A stretch of 64,000 nucleotides of DNA from an uncultured archaeon (GTDB taxonomy: Archaea; Thermoplasmatota; Thermoplasmata; Thermoplasmatales; Thermoplasmataceae), in contig CP009479.1 in assembly GCA_000965745.1 (NCBI GenBank), forward strand, positions 2,048,001 to 2,112,000. The letters run 5' to 3'. Under the pieces are notes generated by a model. It did not search any database. It was not told the DNA's origin and saw only the letters and a program-made list of their open reading frames with translations. The translations under genes were made by a program, and so were the position numbers. Positions 20,343-28,311 of the stretch are shown one piece after another (position 1 is the first letter of the stretch; the number at the start of each line of letters is the position of its first letter).

Positions 20343-20720
20343 TCATTTCCATTCCAGAAACTTCATCCTGTTTCCGAACGGGTCGTCGACATAGAACCTG
20401 TCATCACCAGGCAATGGTTCATCTTCTTTCACGGATATGCCTTTTGCCACAATCCTCTCCTTCAACACGTTGAGATTCTTCACATGTATTGCAGGATGCG
20501 CTTTCTTAGCTGGCCTGAAATCATGGTCAATGCCTATGTGTATCTGGTTTGTACCGCATTTGAACCAGAGCCCGCCTCTCTTCTTCAGGTTCTCGGGTTT
20601 CTCAATTTCTTTCATTCCCAATACACCATGAAAGAAATCTCTGGCAACACCCTCGCTTCCCTCGAGGGCTGCTAACTGCACGTGATCAATGCCATAGTAG
20701 TCAAAACTCATCCAATTCAA
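20343..20720 (-). CDS. Glyoxalase/VOC family protein
   Basis: IDHVQLA, KRGGLWF, KKAHPA, RFYVDDPFGNR. Confidence 0.92.
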   Translation of the reverse strand: MNWMSFDYYGIDHVQLAALEGSEGVARDFFHGVLGMKEIEKPENLKKRGGLWFKCGTNQIHIGIDHDFRPAKKAHPAIHVKNLNVLKERIVAKGISVKEDEPLPGDDRFYVDDPFGNRMKFLEWK

Positions 20721-20830
20721 CTCATGGTTAGATGCTTGAAGTATACAAATACATTAAGTAGAGTCCAAGCTCCGCCCACTAAATAAAATAAGAGAGATAA
20801 CTTAGCTCAATCTGCACAATTTGGGAATTT

Positions 20831-20837
20831 TTTAATA
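20831..20837 (+). promoter_or_regulatory. TATA box of tRNA-Leu
   Basis: TTTAATA about 28-34 nt upstream of the tRNA 5' end. Confidence 0.55.
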
Positions 20838-20864
20838 TACTCCAAGAGTATTTAGGAAACCATT

Positions 20865-20949
20865 GCGGAGGTTGTCGAGCTAGGTCAAAGGCGATGGATT
20901 CAGGGTCCATTCCCGTAGGGGTTCGCCGGTTCGAATCCGGCCCTCCGCA
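20865..20949 (+). tRNA. tRNA-Leu (anticodon CAG), 85 nt, no encoded CCA
   Basis: Acceptor GCGGAGG/CCTCCGC-A; anticodon arm ATGGA-TTCAGGG-TCCAT; long variable arm; T arm GCCGG-TTCGAAT-CCGGC. Confidence 0.97.
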
Positions 20950-20950
20950 T
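20899..20950 (+). repeat. attL core, 52-bp direct repeat copy 1
   Basis: Identical to 23295-23346; starts at the first base of the anticodon loop. Confidence 0.95.
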
Positions 20951-21240
20951 CCCTATATGGGTTTGTGCAGTTCACTACCTCCGATTTTTGACCGGAGTGG
21001 GTATTTAAAAAGGTTTTCCATTGGTCCGTGTTATCTATTGTGTCTATATCATAACCTGAGACTCTGTCTTCGTGATCATTACTTGGATTACATAAGATCT
21101 GAACACTCTCAAGACAGCTACAAGTTTTAGATGTGGAAATCTGGAACCTTATCCATAAGCACACACTAAACCAGGAAGTTTCAAAGTTATTTGATAAAAA
21201 TGAATCTTTGTGCAGATTATCAATGCATAGCGATGTACAC

Positions 21241-22368
21241 TTATGAATATATTGTTACTCCGCACATGTTGTAATTACTGTTGAGCCACCCTCCAGTGAG
21301 AAAGCCATCTTCATAGGCTCCCGGAGCAGTTTCTGGCTCATAGGTACCATAAAAGTTGCCTACATTTCCTTGGGCTAGAGGATTTGGACCACCAGTCCAG
21401 TAGTCAAACGTTTGGACAAGAAATGTTTGAACCCAGTCCCCCACGTTGTAGGGTGCATTTGTGGTATAATATGAATATTGCCCATTGGCCACAGAGGCCA
21501 AATTGAGGTTGTAGAAAGTATTAACGTTGAATTTAGGTATTTGGTCTTCGTGTTGTGTTGCGGTATCTAATGGTGCTTCTGTCATAAAAGCGGACCAAGT
21601 TGTATGCACGGTTGTTGGTAGATTCACCGTATCACTATGTGAATAACCCGATGAGTCACCCCAGTAGAATGTAATTTGATTGAAGTATCCGTTTGCGCCA
21701 GCGTTTGTAGATATCGACAAATACAGGGTGCTACCAGTAGGAACTGTAACTGCTCCTCCATTTCCGTTAGAAATACCTACATTATATGGAACACCATAGT
21801 TGTTGTTATTGTTTAAACTCAAATACTCCCACCACAGATATGCGTGATTTGGTCCAACATTTGCTGACACACTATCTGACGGATTCAATGGTACTTTTAC
21901 AGTTTTATCTGGTGATATGCTATACCCAAGCTGTATTAATCCATTATTTCCACCATGCCCACCTTCAAGACCTATCCAAGCGGACATCATCGAAATTGTA
22001 CAAGTAGCAATCGTGCTTGGGTCTTGTACTGCTTCAACATTTACATAAGAATTCACTGAAGTGAAACTGGAGCCTGAGGGAGCCCAAAATTCATAACCAC
22101 CCCAAGCATAGCTATTATAATACTGGGCCTCAGGTCCTCCATTTTTTGGAATGGGAGAAGTAGAATTCTCGTATATCGTTTGCATAGAAAATGGTCCAAA
22201 AATTTCAGAGGCGTGTTGTGAAAGAACTTTCTCCAAGGGACTGTCAGCAATTTGTGGTGCTAGGATGCTAATCACTGCGACAGCTATCAGAACAATTGTC
22301 AGAATCTTTCTGATTATATTTCTCATTATTTTTATAATATGGAAAGCTATGAAAAGTTTATTAAACAT
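21241..22368 (-). CDS. Secreted G1 family glutamic peptidase (eqolisin/Peptidase_A4-like)
   Basis: Signal peptide (MRNIIRKILTIVLIAVAVIS); SYAWGGY, SAWIGLEG, LIQLG (catalytic Q), WWEY, AFMTEAP (catalytic E), IPKF. Confidence 0.75.
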   Translation of the reverse strand: MFNKLFIAFHIIKIMRNIIRKILTIVLIAVAVISILAPQIADSPLEKVLSQHASEIFGPFSMQTIYENSTSPIPKNGGPEAQYYNSYAWGGYEFWAPSGSSFTSVNSYVNVEAVQDPSTIATCTISMMSAWIGLEGGHGGNNGLIQLGYSISPDKTVKVPLNPSDSVSANVGPNHAYLWWEYLSLNNNNNYGVPYNVGISNGNGGAVTVPTGSTLYLSISTNAGANGYFNQITFYWGDSSGYSHSDTVNLPTTVHTTWSAFMTEAPLDTATQHEDQIPKFNVNTFYNLNLASVANGQYSYYTTNAPYNVGDWVQTFLVQTFDYWTGGPNPLAQGNVGNFYGTYEPETAPGAYEDGFLTGGWLNSNYNMCGVTIYS

Positions 22369-22599
22369 AAAAATGATGGTATTCAGTACAAAAAGGGCGG
22401 ACTAAATCCCCATCACTTTGAACATTCCCGAATAACAAGAGAATCTGTGGCCAAATTCACTATACCTACCTTGGACTTGGGGTCAACTCCCCGGTGGATC
22501 GTTTGAAAAGCTTTCAATTGAAGGAAGTATGCCTACCTACTTTGCCAAAAGGAAGTATAAAAGACTGTCCCAGCAGCATTTTCTATTGTGCCAAATAGA

Positions 22600-22926
22600 T
22601 TATGTTGTTGTACGGCTTTGCTTACTATGCCACAGTTGTCTAATTGACAAAATAATTACTATCACAGAAAAGATCAATACGAGTATAGAGGTCGTGACAA
22701 TACCTGCGGTCGTATAAAACCAGAAACTCCCAGAATAATGTGCTGGGCCCGGGATACCAGGAGTATTCGGCAGGTTGAATATATTGTACAATGCTTCGGA
22801 CCAGAATATCAGACCCAGCATCCCGGCCATCAACCCAAATATTGAAACCAAATTCCAAAATCGTAATCCTACGATCGACACCATTTTATAATAAACTAAG
22901 AGAGGATTTAACTTTAACGCTACCAA
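22600..22926 (-). CDS. Small two-TM membrane protein (element cargo)
   Basis: Two hydrophobic helices with a Pro/Gly loop; start uncertain. Confidence 0.55.
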   Translation of the reverse strand: MVALKLNPLLVYYKMVSIVGLRFWNLVSIFGLMAGMLGLIFWSEALYNIFNLPNTPGIPGPAHYSGSFWFYTTAGIVTTSILVLIFSVIVIILSIRQLWHSKQSRTTT

Positions 22927-22934
22927 TTCCTATA

Positions 22935-23306
22935 TTAAAATGTAATATCACCATAAAAATAAGCCTTCTTAATTTCTTCATAACATGGAATGTAGTTATC
23001 AACTTGTGAACGGCCTCTATTCTTCAATATACGAAGTTAAGGCTCTATTGTTTCCTCTTGCACTTCTCCATCATTCTCCAGTAGGAATTTGAGGTAATTT
23101 CTCAACGTGAGAACGCAATATCTATGACTTCCCTGTATGGAATTAAGGTACTTTGTCAAGTCTTTAACTGTTGTAAGCCTGTATGACCTGAAATATTTGG
23201 TATAGTACTGCAATATGGCCTTTCTGTGTCCAGAGCTTGTGCTCTTTAACTCCAACCATTGTTTAAAGTTTCGATATTCATTCAATCTAATAGGTTCAGG
23301 GTCCAT
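22935..23306 (-). pseudogene. int(C) fragment of an SSV-type tyrosine integrase, with in-frame TAA and truncation
   Basis: Frame starts inside attR; ..TLRNYLKFLLE..IEP*LRILKNRGRSQVDNYIPCYEEIKKAY resembles the pre-catalytic region of archaeal SSV-type integrases; catalytic domain absent. Confidence 0.7.
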
Positions 23307-23346
23307 TCCCGTAGGGGTTCGCCGGTTCGAATCCGGCCCTCCGCAT
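23295..23346 (+). repeat. attR, duplicated 3' half of tRNA-Leu
   Basis: TTCAGGGTCC...CCCTCCGCAT identical to 20899-20950. Confidence 0.95.
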
Positions 23347-23492
23347 ACTATCCAAAAGAAGGGAGAGACGAAAGGGTTTCAAAATCACTTAATTCCGGGT
23401 TCCCTGAACGATTTTCGGTGATATTTAATTGTTGTCGAGGTCCTAATATATAAGTATAGGAATATAAGGGGGAGGCTATCGGGCAGATAACC

Positions 23493-23708
23493 TTATCTTA
23501 CTATGAAATAGACTATGATGATCCCTACCATTATGATCACAATGCCACTCATGACGAGTTCGATCCTTTGCACTATTCCAAAGTAGTGATACCACGAGAC
23601 CGTAAAACCTATTGAACCCGTAATTCCAGCGTAGAATAATACTACTACTGCTATTGCTCCTGCTAATCCTAATGCCCCAGCCATTATCAAACCTGCTTGT
23701 TCAACCAT
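23493..23708 (-). CDS. Small two-TM membrane protein
   Basis: Two hydrophobic helices; purine-rich RBS-like tract upstream. Confidence 0.6.
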   Translation of the reverse strand: MVEQAGLIMAGALGLAGAIAVVVLFYAGITGSIGFTVSWYHYFGIVQRIELVMSGIVIIMVGIIIVYFIVR

Positions 23709-23904
23709 TCTGTTTCGCCTTCTTTTTTAATTACTGCGGAAATACCTATATTACGAAGTTTATACGCAATAATCTTTCATAAATATAGATTCTTCTATAT
23801 AGGAATAATACTGTAAATATATATAGTGATATTGTAGCAAAAATAACTACGAATATAAGAAATCAGATACCAATTGTTTTTATAGAAATCCTCAATGTAG
23901 AGCC

Positions 23905-24891
23905 ATGCGTAATGATAAGGTGTCGTTCTCTATGACTAAACAGGAGATACATGAGCTCGAAGCAATCAGGTTAAGATACCTATTTTCAGACAAATTCTTT
24001 CCGCCTATCCTTGACTTCAAGGACATTGTCCAAGGTATGTTGTATCTAACAAGAGTAGCGGTGGAAAAAAATCGCAACTCCTTAAGAGGTTTTGTGAATC
24101 TTTTATCTCAAAAACGTGAGCTTCCGATGGTGACACCAGATGAGTTGAGCGATGACGAAGAGGAGCAATTCGACTTCCAGAAAGATGAGGTCAGAGATGA
24201 GAAGCACCAAACAAATGAGACTACATCAGAAGATGCGAGAACCAGAAGTTATATTTTTTCTGTTAGCGAGGATGACAGGCAGAACATCAATCGGATCAGA
24301 TCACTTATTTCTGAACACTCCCGATTTCAAGACCAGATTTTCAAGGATTCTGAAATAATCAAAGGCTCAATCAATTTTGTTAGACGTCACAAGTGGAGAA
24401 ACATAGAGTTCTTCCATTACACTTACTTCGGAGCATTATATGATTTGGTGCCTATAACAATGTTAAAAATGGTATATCCTCTCGATAGTGTTCCCATGAC
24501 GAATGAAGAGGAAGCTGAGGTTGGTGAAATCGAGTTGGATAAGAAGGTCATATACAAATTTCTCGTTAAGCTTAAGAACGTTGATCCTCCCAATACCGTT
24601 GAAGAGCTATATCAATTTGTAAAAAACGGTGAACGCAGTGAATTTGCTGGTCTAAATTATGCAGAGGCTTTTCTTGGTTACTGGCTCATGTCAAATATGC
24701 TTCCATACAATACAACAATATTCTCGTTTTCATTGATGTTATCAGCTATGTCGTTGCTTGATAAAGTTGAGTCTAATGAGGCTACAACTACTTGGAATGA
24801 AGCAAAGGATAGATTCTCACTAATTCTGAATATAACCCTTGATGCGGTAGTTAATGGAAATAGTGAAAAGAATAAAGATGGAAATAAATGA
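23905..24891 (+). CDS. Hypothetical protein with two putative ribbon-helix-helix repeats
   Basis: 328-aa ORF; internal repeat VSFSMTKQEIHELEAIR..FKDIVQGML and YIFSVSEDDRQNINRIR..DSEIIKGSI. Confidence 0.65.
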   Translation: MRNDKVSFSMTKQEIHELEAIRLRYLFSDKFFPPILDFKDIVQGMLYLTRVAVEKNRNSLRGFVNLLSQKRELPMVTPDELSDDEEEQFDFQKDEVRDEKHQTNETTSEDARTRSYIFSVSEDDRQNINRIRSLISEHSRFQDQIFKDSEIIKGSINFVRRHKWRNIEFFHYTYFGALYDLVPITMLKMVYPLDSVPMTNEEEAEVGEIELDKKVIYKFLVKLKNVDPPNTVEELYQFVKNGERSEFAGLNYAEAFLGYWLMSNMLPYNTTIFSFSLMLSAMSLLDKVESNEATTTWNEAKDRFSLILNITLDAVVNGNSEKNKDGNK

Positions 24892-25225
24892 TTTATGCAA
24901 TAAATGAGACAGATTTATATGAACCGCCATCAGCGAAAAGATAGTCATTGTTGGTTTCAAGGGCTTGAATAATCTTCTCCAATGAATTAAGGGGCCAGCG
25001 CAAAGTCAGTTTTCTGGATGTTTGTATTGAAAAGAGACTATTTCGGAAAAAATTGGATCAGGAGGATTCAACGACACATAATACCTGAGCATCATTTGTT
25101 TAAGAATCCGGTAAATTATAAGGTTTTTACCTTGCTTGAACTATGCTCTTGTTTTCCACCAACGGGCTTGTAAATAAACGGCTCATTTACTCAATAAGAA
25201 AACAGATAAATGCGGGTTGTCAAGT

Positions 25226-25630
25226 TCAGTAGTCAAGAACCTTCACATCTATTTCGGCAATCTTGTCGACCCCTTTGAAATCCTGATCATTTGTTATCAG
25301 CCTGACCCTGTTCTCAGCACAGATTCCCAGAATGATAACATCCAGTTCGTTTATCAATTTCCCATTCGCCCTTAGCTTTGTATATATGTCCGCACAATAA
25401 CCTGCCGTTCTCGAAGTAAAGTCATAAACTTCAAGCTGGTTCAGGAATGACATTTGCACCTCCTTTTTGCCCTCCTGCAGATTTGATATCAAAATCCCAC
25501 GCAGAAACTCATATTTGTTGATGACAGTTATGGCGGGCGTTTCATCCAGGACATCATTCAGGGCTGCAACCACATTTTTCTGTCCATGAGCCAGACCAAT
25601 CAGTATGTTTGTGTCCAGCACGGTGACCAT
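25226..25630 (-). CDS. vapC: PIN-domain toxin VapC
   Basis: LDTNILI, E, G..INELDVII, LITNDQDF. Confidence 0.93.
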   Translation of the reverse strand: MVTVLDTNILIGLAHGQKNVVAALNDVLDETPAITVINKYEFLRGILISNLQEGKKEVQMSFLNQLEVYDFTSRTAGYCADIYTKLRANGKLINELDVIILGICAENRVRLITNDQDFKGVDKIAEIDVKVLDY

Positions 25631-25634
25631 ATAT

Positions 25635-25871
25635 CTACAGCTCCTTTATGTCCCTGGATTTCGAGCGTTTCCTGGCTTCTAGGACTTCTTGTTTCATTTT
25701 GCCGGCCTCTTCCTCTGAGAGTGTGGCTCCAGCGCTCACAAGGTCACGGATTGTGAGCTTCTTGCCTGATTCCTTCAGGAGTTCCCGGATAATGAAGGAA
25801 AAGGACTTGTTGTCTTTGCGTTTAGACAACTCTTCGTAAACATCATCCTGAATGGATATCACTTTCACCAT
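25635..25871 (-). CDS. vapB: Antitoxin VapB (archaeal, DUF217-like)
   Basis: MVKVISIQDDVYEELSKRK..KSFSFIIRELL, immediately upstream of vapC. Confidence 0.88.
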   Translation of the reverse strand: MVKVISIQDDVYEELSKRKDNKSFSFIIRELLKESGKKLTIRDLVSAGATLSEEEAGKMKQEVLEARKRSKSRDIKEL

Positions 25872-25887
25872 GCATACATATATGCAT
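25870..25887. promoter_or_regulatory. Imperfect palindrome overlapping the vapB start (candidate autoregulatory operator)
   Basis: ATGCATACATATATGCAT between the TATA-like TTTAAA and the ATG. Confidence 0.45.
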
Positions 25888-26434
25888 CTATACATTTAAA
25901 TTCTTGTCCAGATCCCTGCATAATCTTTCGCGGGAGTGTCATTCATACCCTGTATCCAGCCCTCCGCACTAGATTCAATAGTGCGAATCTGAAAATTAGC
26001 CAAGTACCCTATTGCATGAGCTTGAATACTAGATTCCGGAAATGGGGCTATTTTGCGGCAAGCTTATGAGACAAATAGTTGATACTAGAGAGGGTGTTTT
26101 ATGAGTGTGAACGTGACCTCATACGATGGTAACGGCCAAACATTGAGAATCTGGTGGAAAGGACTACCTACTCTATGGTAGGATGCCCCTCTGCTCACTG
26201 TCATTGTACCATCCTTATACCTGTTCATTGCCTACAAAAATTTCTTTCTCCTGACTCTTCAATGCCCGTATGTAATGGAATAAACTACCGGAAAAAAAGG
26301 AAACTTCTACAGTGAAGAATTCGTCTGATACAATGTCAGGATATAGGCTCTCACTTAATCATGGACCTTCATAGTTTTATATGAGCAATAAAGATATGCA
26401 AGAAATCTCGCCGCTTATATACTTCGCATTACAC

Positions 26435-27435
26435 TAGTGTGTTGCATAATTCCCCTGTATAATGAAATACAGGGGAACGATTTGTTGTTATGACACCACA
26501 ACAAATCACTGCAATAGGCAATAGAAGCACAAGAAGATATTGGGTTGGTTCTAACCGAAGGCATGACAGGTACAACCGATCCTTGGTGAACAGGGTTGAA
26601 GACCTCATGGACCCTTCATTCCTCATGAACTGGAAGAACCTGCTGCAGGATAACAACAGAGGAAAGAGAGGACATCCCTTCAAAACACCAAATGCGTTCA
26701 TAACATTCCTTGCGAAGCTGAGAGCACTGTACAGCGTTCCCTTCAGGTCTCTTGAAGGAATTGCCAGGGTATTCTCCAGGATCTCGGGAATCAGGACAGT
26801 GTGCTATACCAACATATTCAGGAGGATCAGGAAGATCGTGCCAACTCTTCCCCATACTGATGGGAAACCGGTGGACTGTGCCATTGATTCCACCGGTTTC
26901 AAGATCACTATCAGGGGCGATTATCTGGGTACTAAATGGAATCGCCGCAGAAGAGGATGGAACAAGCTCCATGCGGTCATCTCAATACATGATGTCTCGG
27001 TGCTCTCCTTCTCCATCACCGATGAGCATGTCCATGATGCGAAGGAGGGCAGAAAGATACTGGAATCTGTCAGGGACAGAATACTGAGGATATACGGAGA
27101 CAAGGGATATGATTCAAAGAAGATATTCAATGACTTTGGGCATGGCACAATAATACCGCCAAGGAAGAACGCCTCCACACAATCCAGGGGATCACCGGCA
27201 AGGGCTAAGGTTGTCAGACAGATCAGAAGGACATCTGAGAAGAGGTGGAAGGAATCGGTACAGTATGGGAAACGGTGGAATGTAGAGATATATTTCTCAG
27301 GTCTCAAGAGAACAATGGGTGAGGTGATCAAGGCTGTCAGGTCTGATTACATAGTTCAGGAGATCGCCCTGAAGGTGCAGTACTACAACATCATGAGAGA
27401 GATGACACATGCCTATTGAATTGTGCAACGCACTA
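26435..27435 (+). mobile_element. IS5 family (IS903 group-like) insertion sequence, 1001 bp
   Basis: 18-bp TIRs TAGTGTGTTGCATAATTC (26435-26452) and GAATTGTGCAACGCACTA (27418-27435), 16/18 match; 9-bp TSD GCATTACAC at 26426-26434 and 27436-27444. Confidence 0.95.
26490..27419 (+). CDS. IS5 family DDE transposase
   Basis: AIDSTG, W.KLH, GDKGYDS, IPPRKNA, Y..RWNVE.YFS.LKR. Confidence 0.95.
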   Translation: MTPQQITAIGNRSTRRYWVGSNRRHDRYNRSLVNRVEDLMDPSFLMNWKNLLQDNNRGKRGHPFKTPNAFITFLAKLRALYSVPFRSLEGIARVFSRISGIRTVCYTNIFRRIRKIVPTLPHTDGKPVDCAIDSTGFKITIRGDYLGTKWNRRRRGWNKLHAVISIHDVSVLSFSITDEHVHDAKEGRKILESVRDRILRIYGDKGYDSKKIFNDFGHGTIIPPRKNASTQSRGSPARAKVVRQIRRTSEKRWKESVQYGKRWNVEIYFSGLKRTMGEVIKAVRSDYIVQEIALKVQYYNIMREMTHAY

Positions 27436-27483
27436 GCATTACACAAAGGTATTTTAAGTCTAAACAACTATATACTATCGGAT

Positions 27484-27951
27484 ATGCACAAACTCTTTCA
27501 AAGAATTTCTGGTTTCTTCATAAAGGAGGCAGTTATGAGTGTATATATAGTGATGCTTTTCTTGGCATTCAGCACTACATATAATCTCCCAGTATCCAGT
27601 TTCCTCACTGTGATGTTCCTCATACTCACTTCAGTTCTTCTATTGATGATACCCGTAATGGATATCAAAAGGATAAGGCACAAAATAGTTACCGGGACCC
27701 TGTTGATATTGTCCGGAACAGTAGTGACCTTATATGGCATTCTGCCTCATTTTATTGTTGCTGCCTACGATAAGTCCGTAATTGCTAAAATTGAGCCCGG
27801 TTTCCACCCCTCAACTCCAGTGCTCTTAGCCATTCCCCCGATAAGCTATTGGGTAATAGGCATCGGAGTGGTTATCTTTGTTACAGGAATGATTCTTATT
27901 GCTTCCAGGTTTGTTATATCGGAAGGTATAGAGAACTCTAGTTCTATGTAA
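27484..27951 (+). CDS. Membrane protein (about 4 TM)
   Basis: Hydrophobic helices; ATG 27484 chosen because the ORF-track start lies inside the IS. Confidence 0.65.
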   Translation: MHKLFQRISGFFIKEAVMSVYIVMLFLAFSTTYNLPVSSFLTVMFLILTSVLLLMIPVMDIKRIRHKIVTGTLLILSGTVVTLYGILPHFIVAAYDKSVIAKIEPGFHPSTPVLLAIPPISYWVIGIGVVIFVTGMILIASRFVISEGIENSSSM

Positions 27952-28311
27952 ATGTAAGCTGTTTAATCAGTCGACTATTGACTTGCAGAACCTTGTACTT
28001 TTATAGGTCCCAGCATGGTGCTCAGGCACTATCCTTCGACTTCTAATCCGCAGTTAAAGGTTTTCAATACTCGCTCATGGCGGGAGAAGGATACACCAGA
28101 GACTGGATCAAGCTCAGCTTCCATGCCTGTCAGCTACTTCTCTTACACTCACTAATAAAATATTAAGTAGATATGTAAACCTTGAAGGGTCAAGGGAGAG
28201 GCACATCTACTCAATAAAATGGATCCCTCTAACAGCCTGGAGATGACTTGAGACCTCCAGCCACAGGACATATGGTTGTTTTCATTTCTGTAAATGCCGG
28301 ATTGGATTCCT

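Larger units (their letters stand above)
20899..23346. mobile_element. Defective integrated element at tRNA-Leu (SSV-type integrase class), 2396 bp between att copies
   Basis: 52-bp perfect direct repeats, integrase remnant abutting attR, visibly AT-richer cargo. Confidence 0.85.

Noticed and set aside
20880-21164. Minus-strand ORF as an intact int(N)
   Set aside because: It crosses the att in a different frame from int(C), and the int(C)-matching frame has a TAG just before the att. It is at best a degenerate remnant.
23295-23346. Second tRNA gene
   Set aside because: Only the 3' half is present (no D arm or 5' acceptor strand); it is attR.
27409-27483. 5' extension of the membrane protein ORF
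   Set aside because: It starts inside the IS5 right end and TSD; an artefact of the insertion.
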